Assembly: GCA_030141605.1 (NCBI GenBank)
Contig: JAQGDQ010000063.1
Span: forward strand, 681,311-745,310
Length of the DNA: 64,000 bases
Direction: 5' to 3'
Source: Tubiluchus corallicola
Lineage: Eukaryota; Animalia; Priapulida
Below are positions 28,101 to 41,515 of this stretch, one piece after another (position 1 is the first letter of the stretch; each line of letters starts with the position of its first letter). Below the pieces are notes generated by a model. It was not told the DNA's origin, searched no databases, and saw only the letters and a list, made by a program, of their open reading frames with translations. A program made the position numbers and the translations under genes.

Positions 28101-29003
28101 CCTTTTCAATAATTTACTTGCAAAGAGGTACTGTGAGGGGGGGTCAGATATTCTCTAGCCCGGTAGCCCAGGGCCCCAAGTTGCACTTACATCTTCGTGT
28201 CATGTACCTCAAAAAATCATATCGTTTCAAAACAGATTATAATAAACATCTAAAATGTGATATGCTTAAGTCCGACTGAAGGAACAGAATTCTTCAGTAC
28301 AACATTACAATTCAGTATTCAATGTGATAATGTCGCATCTTGAAAAGAAGACTATAAGAGGTTCATTCATTTTGAAACAAGTTGTTTCAACGATTATCAA
28401 AATTATGCTAAAACTTAACCCGAATCAACTGATTTTGCCTCATTTTTAACGTAGGTCACAATTATAAAATGGTAGTGCTGTTTTGCAGGGACAGTAGAAG
28501 GATAGGGCTTTGTTGGTGCTAAGGTTTATAGCCCATTCTTGCTTTGTTTTATGGACAGAGTCCAGTATGTATAATCTTCATGTTGATGCTTCCTGCCACT
28601 AGCCTATTTTGTACCGACATGTTTATTTGTATTCATTAGCAGCAGCCATAATTGGTAGCTACTTTCAGCATGAATCCAAAATTCTGCGACCTTCTCTGCA
28701 GGCCCTGAAGGGAGTTTAATTTTTTTAAGTACCTTTCTGTGGCTTTGAAAACAAATGCGATCACTTGTAATTATTTGTAAGTGTAATGTCAATCTAGTAA
28801 CCGAGTCTTGAGTCTTGGCAACCCTTTACTGCAGGCCCTAAATGGAGTTGAACTTGTATTTCATGCCTTTCCGACTGGCTTTCTTGGCTCTATAATCATT
28901 AATCACTAGTCTTGGTTGACTGCGTCATATCGATTTTAAGAGCTAGAATCAGCGTCAGAGTTTGATTGATAAAATACTCAATTCACCGCGACCCGCTTCT
29001 TTT

Positions 29004-29570
29004 CCCATGAACGTCTGACATTTTAGTGAGCTAACTGCAGCTTCTACTCTCTAACCTTTACAACTGTACAGCCTTCATGGTGTTGACTGTGCTTAGACAC
29101 CAAAGGTAAAGAAATTTCTCCTCCAAAAGGACCTATGTATTTTGTTCAAGCACTGCAGAGCGTTTTATCTGGTACTGATTAAACACTAATTTCCATGAAC
29201 GTCTGACACTTTAGTGAGGAGCTAACTGCAGCTTCTACTCTCTAACCTTTACAACTGTACAGCCTTCATGGTGTTGACTGTGCTTAGACACCAAAGGTAA
29301 AGAAATTTCTCCTCCAAAAGGACCTATGTATTTTGTTCAAGCACTGCAGAGCGTTTTATCTGGTACTGATTAAACACTAATTTCCATGAACGTCTGACAT
29401 TTTAGTGAGCTAACTGCAGCTTCTACTCTCTAACCTTTACAACTGTACAGCCTTCATGGTGTTGACTGTGCTTAGACACCAAAGGTAAAGAAATTTCTCC
29501 TCCAAAAGGACCTATATATTTTGTTCAAGCACTGCAGAGCGTTTTATCTGGTACTGATTAAACACTAATT
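29004..29570. repeat. Tandem repeat, 3 near-identical copies of a 188-191-bp unit
   Basis: atgaacgtctgaca recurs at 29007, 29195 and 29386. Confidence 0.95.
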
Positions 29571-32500
29571 ATGTTTGTCTGAACGTCTCTGAAGTTCATC
29601 TCTCAATCAAAGCTTTGCTGACTGTGTCTACGAATTTTATTGGTTCTAAATAAAACACTGAATCTATAGGGTGTCTAAAACTGGATATTGTTTATGCTCT
29701 TGGCCTAATGATGGGGTAGGCTCGTTTGCCAGAAGAATTATTTCGCAAGAAAAATTTTTTGTCAGAAAAAATTCATGAAAACATTTTTGGCAAAAAACCC
29801 TACTTCCCAAAAAATGTCTCAGAATTGATTTTTCCAAAAGTTGCCATTTCCCGAAAAAAATTTTCCCGGAACCCGCATTTCATAGGAAGTAAAATTCACA
29901 GAAAATGTAATAAATCTTTCTTAGATATTGTACGATAAAAAGTGTGATGAAAATATTTTAGTTTATTCTAGCTAGATGTATCGACTGATATGGATCAATA
30001 AATTGGCCAACTTGTATGGAAAGTTATGCAACGTCAGAACGACTAGACTGAGCATATTTGATCTTTGCGTATATATATATATATACATTAACAACCACAG
30101 AATTAGCCATCTTGGTATCATTGTTGTTTTTGTTGTTGCAGCTACAGTTCTGATGCTGTCATGATCGACCAAAGTTGAAATAACTTTTGCACTGTCGTTT
30201 CAATCTCGCCAAAACTTGGCAGAGTGTAAAAATGGCTCAAGCAATAAGTATTGGCAAATAGCTTAGTAATAATCTCAACTCCACTTACTTGTAATTTTTT
30301 TCAAGTCATCTCGCTGAGCCAACATAGTGGCAATTCAATTCTGTCTGGCAGCTATTATAGTGATGATCTATAATTCTTCTTACGTTCTAATATCATATTC
30401 TTATATTATAGTGATGTTCTATAATTATAATAATATATCTTTACTATAATTCTCAGTATCCTAACAGCCTTTTTTGTCTTGAATATCAGTCTGTTAGCCT
30501 CGATCTAATAACAAACTCGGTTTATTGATTAGTTCTTTACATAGTCAGTTAATTAGAACGGAATAGCCCCCACTCCCATTCATCAGTGGATAAGCTATTC
30601 GTCGAAATTTCAGCGTGATTGATACTTTCCACGCTCAATGTAATAATTGCAGTTGCACTCGATTTTCTCGGTTACATAGAAAACTACTAGTTTGTGCACC
30701 ATTAACTAGAAATATTAACCTTTTGTACGTCCGTGTCTCCATACTTGGTTACTTGCTTCTCTCTCCACCAATATTTCTATTCAATGGCTTCATTTATTTC
30801 TTGCCTAATTTGAGGTCCCTCTCGTGATCTCTTTTCAATTTTATCTCCATCCTCTTTCGTTTTATGATTTTTAAATTTTGGTGTCTTCATTGTCACCAAA
30901 ATCATATGCCCTCCACTTATTCTGCCTCCTTGTCATAATCTTAGTGTCTGTCTCTTTCCTTCCCTGTCTCCTTCTCTCCTCTTTCTTCTTCTTCTATCCT
31001 ATTTTCTATCTCTCTTGCTCGTCGTTTCTCTGTCTCTATTGCTCTTTCTCTTTTTTCATTCTTTGTGCTTCTCGCGTGTCTTTCATTTCCCTCTCTCACG
31101 TGCATGTACTGTCTTTGCCTTTTACCTTTTTTGCTCCTCTGCGCCTCTCTCCCCCCTTTCCCCCCCTCTCTCTTTCTCTCCCTTTCTCTCTCACAAATAA
31201 CTTTCCAAACGTAATTGTTCGAAATACAGTGAATCAATCCATTTCAAGCTTTCTGCTTCTGCTTGTTTTACATCCTTCTTCTGATGAATCAGCATATTTA
31301 CTGTAACAGTTGTAACCAGTAATAAATAATAAAGTTATAAATAATGATATCTTAATCCTCAATGTTACCCTGTGCCTCCCGAGAGAGCGTGGATGCATGG
31401 ATGGCAAGACCTGAAATATTTATGAAAACATGTCAAGATAATGAGGCTCCGAAGGTTTTGACGCTATTAAGCACTTTCTCTTTCAGAGTAAATCGTAAAT
31501 ATCTATTTGATGAAAGTAGTATAACGACTCGGGTAGAACAGTGATGCTCTATAATGCTTTAGGGAAGGCCCTCCTAAAGTGCACAAGAACACGTCCAGAA
31601 TGGGAGACAATGGTTGGCTACTCGTTCGTGTGAAAACTGTGCCCGCTTATCGTTAACGTAAAGCATCCTAGGCTTATTAAAATGTGCTGACTTGAGTTTA
31701 TCTGACTGGGAATCACTCATTTATCATGCTGGAACCTAGTTTTATCTGCTGCCTGTGCTTGAAACTGGGCAGTACATACTGCTGAAGTATTCTGTTGTTT
31801 TTCTTTGACTTAGGAACACATTGGACATAAGCTCAAGGATACATGGTACGTGATGTGATACTGATGTGGTAGCATATAAAAATACCTAGTGATTCAACAT
31901 TTTAGAGCAAATTGTAACGAAATTTTATAAACTGGTACTAAAACAAATTCCAGGGCAACACAGAAGATATGATTTGTTACTATGATGTAGTAAAGTGCAG
32001 CAAAGAGTTGAACAGAACCAGATCTTCCGTCCTCAAGAAAGTTTTGCGCTTAGCGATTAACGCGTCAGTATGGAAGTAAACCTTATGTGTAATGTAAAAT
32101 CACCATCTACTATCTAATTCTTACCATAAGTGACAAATACCTCTTATAGAGAAAGTTAACAAACTTGATTGTCAGTTTCACGAATCTCGTGCTGTGACTC
32201 GAGATTCGTGGAAGTCCACAAATCTAGAAAATAGACACATTACTACTATTACTCCGTCTCTGTATTCCATCGTAAAATCTGTAAATTTGTTTTCATAAAG
32301 TCGGCATCAACGAATGTGTCTGTAAGCTGTGTGCAAAGCTTGTTAGAACAAACTGCTTACTCGAATGCCAAGACAAGGAAAATACCTCAGCGATCATTGT
32401 GCTGGTAACTTTTTGGACAGGATTGTCATTATAATATAAGTTTTATACTAAGTTTGTGAATTGTTTTATAATTGCGAGGTTGTGTGTGAAAGGGTAGTTT

Positions 32501-32769
32501 GAAAGGTGAATTAAAAGCAAAACCTGGGCCTAATGTTAAACTGTAGGTCAAAACAATTTACTCCACTAATTCTTCGCTATTACATGCATTTCGCCATTTG
32601 CTAGTTAGACGGACACTAGCGCCTGCATCTCGGAAACCCATTGCACAAAATTATTCCATTAAATTGATTTGATAACTGAAGTTTAGCTGCCTTTACTTAT
32701 GCCTAAAAATTTTATGAAATTTTTGTTAAGTAATTGTTTTTTTGGTTTTCAGGTAAATAGGTCTTTGCC

Positions 32770-33006
32770 ATGACGAGTCGCCACCAACCCGAACAGATGC
32801 CTATGTACGGTCACGGGGAATTGCGTGCTGGAGCACCCCATATCACTCGGAAGAGATCATACGATTCTGGCAAGTCCAATTGGCGAGCTGGGATCCTCCG
32901 ACGGTGCGTCATTCCGACGATTATTACCTTCACCTGCATGTTCACTAGCATCGCTATCGGCAATCTCATCTACTACTTTGCCATCAAGCCGGCGAGAGCG
33001 TACTAG
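32770..33006 (+). CDS. 78-aa single-TM microprotein, paralog 2 (family not recognised)
   Basis: gccATG after acceptor ttttcag (32752) with in-frame upstream stop; C-terminal hydrophobic helix plus GNLIYYFAIKPARAY; GC3-rich codons; AATAAA at 33217. Confidence 0.85.
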   Translation: MTSRHQPEQMPMYGHGELRAGAPHITRKRSYDSGKSNWRAGILRRCVIPTIITFTCMFTSIAIGNLIYYFAIKPARAY

Positions 33007-34036
33007 TATTGAATGCTCAGTTGTTCTGTTTTTTGTAACGCAGGACGTTCCCTTGTTACGACATTTTATATCGCCCCTTTTAGAATCATAATGTGCAGAA
33101 TCTATTTAGTACTTAGAGGAACATTTTACTTAATTCAGTCCAAGATTCGTACAATTTTGAATCTTACTCTTCTTTTTGCCGTCACTTTATTAAGAACAAA
33201 TGCAGACAAATATTTAAATAAATGCACGCATTAACTTATAAAAAAAGCTGGTTCCCAATTTTATTCTCTGCTTTCTTGCACATGCTATTACTTTAAAATT
33301 AATCGGCATGTCTACGGGAAGGTAAACACTTACTTTAAACTGATTATATTTGCTAGATGTTCACTACATATATTTTACCATTAAATGGACAGCAGATCTC
33401 ATTCTTACTTGTCTACTTCCCTTTAAAGGTTGTGTATTTTAGTGAGTTTTTACTTCAAGTATGCTTGCGTTTGCTTATTTTTACTTCAAGTATTTTCTCT
33501 CTTTAGCATTTCAATCAGCTTTACTCCTGGTCTTTTACCTGTTCTTTTAATAGTTGCTCATACTTTAGACATTCCATTATACAAAGTTTTTTGTAATTTA
33601 ATGGTAATTGTATTCTACAGGCTTTTTGTGATTTAATATTGCTTTTATCTGATATTTTTTTCGTTTTCAAAAATTAGCGAAATACAGTTATAACACTGGT
33701 TATTCATGCTGTTATTCGTGTTGTGTATTTTCTACAACTTAAATGATGGTTGTTTTCAAAATGTTATAAACGGTGCTTTTTAAAACTTCCGTAACAGTTT
33801 TGCATCACATAACATATTACTAATTCTAATCTTTTAATTAAAGCATTTTTTGATTTGCTGATTTTCAAGACATTCAGGAATTTCTGAATATACAGCTTTT
33901 CTAGAGAGTCACTACTGGTTTTTTCAAGAGAGTCATGCTGTTATTTCTTTTTACGGTTTTCCCTCACTTTCTTTGAAAACATTCTAAGCGGATTGCCATA
34001 AGCTGTTTTCCACATAAACGCTTTGAAGAGGTTTCC

Positions 34037-34050
34037 GTTTCCATGGTGAC
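34037..34050. promoter_or_regulatory. RFX X-box motif in putative promoter
   Basis: GTTTCCATGGTGAC matches the X-box consensus, in a locally CpG-richer stretch. Confidence 0.4.
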
Positions 34051-35599
34051 GCCAGTTGACATTTACAAACAAGCGCTTGGAAAGTTTTTTTTTACCTTCT
34101 TTGACGTTTTTTCGGGACTAAATCTACCAAAACGCTCCAAGTGCTTGAAGAATTCGTAATTTTTAAATACCATTTCGATACACCTTCACTTCACTGCTTA
34201 AATGTTATTTCCCCCTTGCCCATTCTTGGGTAAATGATTGCCTTGTAGTTGTAGTGTAGTGATGAATGTAGTAAACGTTTTTTTAAAGGCCAGACAAATG
34301 TGTATAGTAAATGGTGATGGTTGGTTGGGAGATTGTTATGTATATAATATGGTACACGTACTAATGATAATGTATAAATGGGAACATAGATTTACATTAT
34401 GTATACATGCACAATTTGGTGTTGGTTGTAACTAGTTTTAGGTATATACAAGTATGATTATTACAGTTTTACGATATTTACATTCTGATGCCTGTTATTA
34501 GTACTTTTTACGCGTTGTAGGGTCATTGATTGCTATGTTACATTGTACACCCAATGTGATGTCGCATTTGTTGATGAGTACAGTATTTTATTTGCATGAT
34601 CTGCGTGTATGATGATGTTGTGGACAATTTTGATGATTTCTAAATTGATTGGAAGAGGTTGGTCACGTGACGATGTTTTATGTAAAAAATGCGGTCCCGG
34701 ATTTAGGCATCACATGACATGAAAAAAATTATGAATACTAATTGGGAAATTTAGTGCAATTTGTTTATATCATTATTAATTTGTGCCAACAAACTCAGTA
34801 TCTTGATCAAGTGGGAGCAACGAGCAATGTAGCAACAGTACCCACATTTTCTACGCAAGACATAGGCAATTGACTAACCTTGTTCAATCAAATTAATGAA
34901 TTCCCAGAACTGTGGCGAGGTCCTCAGCACAAGTGATTAGTTTTTAAACTTTTTTACTTTGTCATTTTTGTTAGCAGTAATAATTTTGCTGACCTCATGT
35001 TGAAGGCTGTAACTGGGTGCTCTGGTTGTGGTAAGTAATTAAGGCCTTTCATAGCATCTCAGAATTTTATCTCAGTAGTTTTTTATTTTTGTTTTTTATA
35101 CTTTTATTTAAGCATGTTTTGTTTTATTTAAATGGAAACCTTTATCATTTTGAGAAGTGTAGCTAAATGCAGTATAAACCATGTCATATTTCTAGCTTTT
35201 TTATTTACTTGCCTCAAACAACTTGTGTGTAATATGTGAACAAATGCTGTTAAAAGAGCAAACTTAATTATGTACTACCAGTTCTAGTTCTATGACTCAT
35301 ATTTGTAGAATTCTAAAAAACTTTAACTTTTACATAGCAAAAAACATTGCAGCTGCTTCTTGTAACTTGTCACTGTTGTCAGGTCTCTATTGAATGTGCA
35401 CCACATTATTAAAAATGTTTGCAGCATGAATTATTGTCATCAAGTATCTGTCATACAATTACATCTATTGTAAACATTGGGCAAGCAGAATTTTGATGTT
35501 AGTGAAACATGGATAAGAACAACCTCAGTAAATACAGTGGTTATTTCAACCGCTACTAAACTTTTAATGCCACCATTTCATATTAAATGCGAAAAACAT

Positions 35600-35832
35600 A
35601 GTTGAACAGTATATTAAACCTGCCCAATTGTTGAAAGGCTGCATTCATTCTGTCATTATTTTTGGTCATTTGAGATATCTGTCTAATGAAATAAATTAGT
35701 GTATCTCTAATGCATTAATTAATTAACCAGTTGAACAGTAAATTAGACTTGGCCAGTTGTTGAAAGACTTTGCTTTAAATTCTGTCATTATTTTGTTTGT
35801 TTGTAGATTTCTTTCTCATTAAATTAATTAGT
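35600..35832. repeat. Degenerate tandem duplication (~130-bp period)
   Basis: agttgaacagta...ttgttgaaag...attctgtcattatttt...aattagt occurs twice. Confidence 0.7.
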
Positions 35833-37534
35833 TCTTCACTCAGTATCTGATTGTGATGGAAATGTTTTTGAAACAGTTGATAAATGTGTACAATCGTTAT
35901 TGTCATGTAGTTCTGAGATAAAATTTTTTTGCACTTTGTCCCTGAAATGTACTGCAGCCCTTTGAGCTTTACAGTTTGTTTTTCTTATAATTAGTGCATA
36001 ATGTCACTATGTACTGAATAACGATTTTATATCAAAGGTGAGACATTGACAGCTTGCTGAAATGTGATATAAAAATGAAGCAATTTAACATTATTAGTTT
36101 ATTCTCACTTTTGGGTGCTTTTAGCATTTTTAAAATAATTCTGATAATAAATGAATTGTTGATATTTAAAATTGTTTTCAATTTTTTTTATTATACTTGA
36201 AATCATTGATTAGATTTCTTGGCACTTAGCTGTGTTTTGTCTGTAAAATGCTAAACCAATTTTGACACTTGATTTTCATGACAGATTATACAACACGGTA
36301 ATATGTATCTTTGTTGGCAAATAAAATAGTGTTTAATTGTTCTTTTAACAGTATTGTGGTATACTTTGTTGATCTTGTTCATTGTACGATAAAATATTTA
36401 ATTTACATTTATATTCTAATTTAATTTAGTACACATCTTTACATTTTTTATTTACATTTTTTTTTATTTTGTGCTCATCTGCATATGCATAGGGTGCTAA
36501 TTTTGCAGTTTTTAAATTTAATAGTAATTCATCAGTGGTCTGTTAGATAGATATGCCTGGCCTGTAGGCAATCTTTGCACAAATAATAAAATTTGAAAAA
36601 TATTAATACTTGTCTTAAGTTTTGGTGTGCGTTTTGTATTACAATTTTGACAAAAGAAGCAAATAGAAAAATTCATTATTTTTGTACCACGAAAATGTAA
36701 CAAATTTCCTATAAACAATGTGTGAAAATTCACGGTTGCACAAATTAAAAATGCTAATATAGGTAACATTCAAGTTTGAATAACTGCTCTGTTCAAGGAA
36801 ATAATAACTGATTACTACAATAATGGTTATGTAACTTGTCTGTCAGACGATAGGTGGCACCAGCACAAAAGTTCTAAATGTTTAAACTCATGACCATACT
36901 AATGAGAGCTTATCCGTCACAATCGTAATAGTCATGTTTTCTACCCACAATTGCTATTAAAAACTTTTGGGCAGTGTGAAGCCTAGGAGACATTCTTTCA
37001 ATGAGTTTTTGTCTGCACTGTAGGCCTGAGACGTAACTGTCTACTGTATTACTGATTTTCTTTACTATGGCCGTAAAAAGTGCTATTATCTTCCCGTTGG
37101 CGTTTTCGCTTGCAACTCTAGGGAGTTTTTGTGGATGTAGTTAGAATGTCGTAAACTCCTCAATAGCAGTAATTCCCGAGCGAAACAGTTGTTCAAGCTG
37201 ATAAAAATCGCCGGTCGAGATTTCATAGCGTATATTAGTAACTGAATAATAACAGATAAAATCTCATAGATGTGACAGAACAAAGGCTTCAGACACCACA
37301 TCGCCTGTTTTTGTTGCTTACAGGTCTCAATCTCAATGATAACATTATATTTCTTATTATAGCCCTATTATTGTTTACATGTTTTTAGAGTGATAATAAG
37401 TCCAGTGTTGCAATCGATTGTCATCTCGGATTCTGCTTGGAATACCTGCGTTGTTCACGATGCATGCGACTGGCTTCCCGTAATGAAGTTTGCGAATTTT
37501 TTGTGTCGTCATTGTTGAATGTAGGTAAGAGTAG

Positions 37535-38560
37535 TATAGGAAAAATGGCACAGGAAAAAACGCACAGGAAAACGGCACGTGTAAAACTAACACAGGAAAA
37601 AATAGCACAACTGGAAAAGTAGAAAAAATGGCACATTTAGTAAAATCCGTGCTTAGGGTTAGGGTGACAGTGGGATAATTATTTTAGTTATTTTTACCTT
37701 TGCCATGAAAGTTATGCTTCAACAGAGTTTTGTTTGTTTGGTTGTTTTTGTCTGTTATGGCAGTAAGCTTATTACTCAAAAACTGTTTAAGAGATTTCCA
37801 ATAAAAATTGTGAAGAAAGGCGGGCATAGGGTGCTAAAATGGGAATCTTTTCGTTGTTTTGTCACGCAACACCACGTACAAAAAGTAACGATTCATGAAA
37901 CACTTGGTGGAGTTCTCAGAGAACTTCTCTTTTGTTATCTCCATCTGGACAGACAACTGCGAGTTAGTTCCAGTTCCATTTCGAGAAATCCTCGCTTGTA
38001 AAACTGTGTAACGCTGCGCATAGCATTTGTTTAGTAATGTGTATAGCCTTATAAGGTAACTTGGTATGTATTTATTTGCCATTCTGTCACTATCGCCAAA
38101 ATTAATGTTGAAAATGGTAGGTATACACCATGTGGAACATTCGTGCATTACTGATTATAAATCTATTTAATGAACAAATATTTTGTGAGTCTTTTGCTAG
38201 TCTGTATAATACTAATATAGACTTGCCTTTTTATGTTAGCCTGCTTCTCTGTGTTAAATTTTTTTGAATAAAAAAAATCAGACGAATAAGTTTAGGATAG
38301 TTCGGCTTTGGTAAAGATCTGCCTCCTACTGAGCGCATTCCGGTTTTATTATAGAAATTAATTGCATCGAAATAACATTATACGTGCCATTTTTCCAGTG
38401 CTATTTCTACCTACTCTTCCACTTGTGACATTTTTTTCGTCTGCAATTTTTACTGTGCCATTTTACCTAGTTTTTTACTCTTGCCATTTTTACTCTGCCA
38501 CCTTTTCTTCTGCAATTTTTACTGTATCATTTTTTCCTGTGCCGTTTTACCGCGCACCGA
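37535..38560. mobile_element. TIR element with inverted subterminal repeat arrays
   Basis: Left (aaaatggcacagg)-like repeats versus right (tgtgccatttt)-like repeats; internal ttagggttaggg. Confidence 0.65.
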
Positions 38561-40986
38561 CATGGTTTCCTACAAATTATTCCTGCGCACAAAATTATTT
38601 CCTAGCTGCTGTTTGCTATGAAACCAGTAAACTCACTGTAAAGCCGACTTATATGGCATTGCCCCGATTTCGTTAAATACAAGGAATACACGTAATGTGC
38701 TGTGCCATCAATCTGTTTTGCATAATTAATACATACTGTACTTTTATAAATCAGCCTAGTATAGGCCTAATGCCAAACAGCTCATCAATGTTTATCTATT
38801 TGCTACTGCATTGTCATTTAAGTTGTCGAAAGTTCAAAACAGTGGTAAATTACGGCGATTTATATTTAGATACGCAGTCAAACTATTAGGTAATCGACCT
38901 GCAGTGCCTAATACATCATGAATGAAACCCACGCTGGATAGTTGATATTTGATCTGTACCCAAAGTACCGTAACTCGTTTAAATCAATGTACACTTTTGG
39001 AACAGTACATGAAAGTCTAATTTGTGATAAACGTTGAGTCATGGTGCTGAAAATTCCTGCAATCAAGTGTAGTTCCAGGGAACAGAGGGGACTCACGCAG
39101 TCTGTGTTAATAGAAACGATAATCAGATAAACTTTGGAATAGAAATCTGTCGCACAGCGAAGTTTGTAGTAGGTGTTGATCACTCAATTTTAGCGTGTTG
39201 ACTGTTGAATTATTTCAGGACATCATTAGTTCATATTCCAGACGCTGTCGCAGAAGCTTTGGATCGTATGAACAGTTGGAAAGGTTTGCTTATATGCATG
39301 AATTAGATAAGCATTGATTAGTTTTTGTTACGTGACTTTTGCCGTTGGGAAAGTCTAACCATGTTAGAGCTGCCAAGAATAGAATAGAATCATTTTTATT
39401 TCGCAGATAGAACAGTGTTAGAATTACATCAAGATGCAACAAAAGAATGCCAGATGCGAGGACAACATATACTACAGTGTCTGTCCGCGTTGAACTGACA
39501 GCATCAGTAATTCTGCGTCACTTGTGCAAATTCACACGGTTCTCGGAGCTGTTCAACGAGGATTGCAATGCAGGTTTACAATGCTATGGAATCTTCAAGA
39601 AAACCTGTGAACGTTAAATGCTTCTTGAGTAATACATGATTAGCTGATTATATGTAAAGCTTAAGCCCTGGAAGTTTTTGTTCTCAAGTTGTATTAAGAT
39701 AGTTAATGCATGATTACAACTATTATCAGATTGTTTATGTTGAGAATTATTATTGTAACAGGGTTGAATCTTTACAAATTCATGATAAATTGATGATCTT
39801 ATGGTTCTAGGCTAGCAATTTATCAGGTAGATATGCCCGGACTGTAACAATTTTTGCAAAAAATGTACATGTAATTGAAAGTATGGTTAACATTTGGTAT
39901 GTTTGTTTAAAGTTTTTGTTCATTTTATAGTATTTTTTCTCAAATATTAAAACAGGTTGGAGTACGTAGGGAAAAATACACTCTGTTCATGTAAAAAATA
40001 AAATAATTATGCAAACAGAAATACAATTTTACCACAAATTGTAACATTTCTTTTTATAAATAATAACACAAAAATTCATATTTGTTCAAATTTAAAAAGG
40101 CAACATTTGAAAATGTATAACGACCACCATACACAAGACAGAGAACTAAACAAAATAATATAATTTAATTGCAAATTATGTGTGCAGCTTCTCTGTCGGA
40201 CAAAAGATGGCACCACCATACAACAAATGTTAGAGAGTACAAAACAGCACAAACAAAGTAAACTGCAGACTTACCGAAGAATAATATTGGTAAGGCTTTG
40301 TTTACAAAGGTTCAGCATTTTTGTTTTAAAGATTAGCATTTTCTTTTGTTAAAGAATGGCGCCACAAACCTTATATAGTTTAGAATCTCTATACTTGAAA
40401 AAAATTCCACAACGTTATACTTTTCATCAGCAGAGGACTGCACTTTCTGATAAATTTCTGACTACTGCCTAACAAAGGCCTTAGCACATAACAACATTAA
40501 GATATCTTGAGCTAAAAACAGACAAGAGTTGAATAAGCATCGAAGTTAACATTGTAAATTATTAGACAGCCCTTAGAACAACAGACTCCTATTAGAAACT
40601 TAGAAATGACTGAAAACTAGAGTTGTGCATTGTTCTTGCAAGGAGTCAGACTATTAAACTCTTATGGAAGAAACTTAAAAAATTGACATTCAATGTGCAA
40701 AATTTATAAATGGAATGCACACTTACAAAACCCCAAAAAAGTAATGCAGGTGAATTCAGATTTGGGTCGTGCAGAAGAGAAAAAGGGGCAATTCGCATAA
40801 GGAAAACCAACGCTTCTGAATATCAAAATGTTAACACATCTACAAATTCAAGTATTTACAGTTTTACAAATGTAATATGCCCTAATAAAATCAAAAGGAG
40901 TCAAAGGTTGCTAATATGTATCGACTTTTATTTATATTGTAGTCTGACTATATAACTAGTATAACTAATTAGGACACACTATATAA

Positions 40987-41515
40987 CAGTGGCGGCTCAT
41001 AGTTAAAATTAGTGGAGATGCTGCAAAATGAAAATTTTTTGAGCCATTGTTTTAATACTGTGTAAGACAAAACAAACGTATGGAATTATAATGTTGTAAT
41101 TCTAATTTTAAACAAACGAACTAATTTAAACATAACCTTGATGAACTCCTGAACAATAAATATTGTTTTCTTACAAATATCCTAAATTGTCGCAGTTCAA
41201 GAATATGCTGATACATGGCTTTTATGCACGTGACAACTGACAACACGTACTGAACGACAGTACTCGTTCTACCTAAAGAGCAGCGTCTTATCTCAGACAT
41301 GTGCGCATGGCCGCATGTGCACAACAGCCAAACACTGGGTTGCTTGGGCTGTGAAGCAAATTGTACTTCCCTCACGTGCTCTGGTTCCCCTCAAGTATAA
41401 AAAAGAACTAAAGAAAAAATATTATTATATTGAATATTATCAATAATAATGAGTGAAAACAGGGGGTGCTGCAGCAACTGCAGCAGCTGAAGTACCTATA
41501 CATGAGCCGCCACTG
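40987..41515. mobile_element. hAT-like MITE
   Basis: TIR cagtggcggctcat / atgagccgccactg; flanks ctatataa / ttttataa fit a degenerate 8-bp TSD. Confidence 0.75.

Noticed and set aside
29004-29570. CRISPR-like array
   Set aside because: Eukaryotic DNA; units are fully repeated with no unique spacers
30878-31306. 142-aa hydrophobic ORF and its antisense charged ORF
   Set aside because: Pyrimidine-rich low-complexity DNA; no domain or splice support
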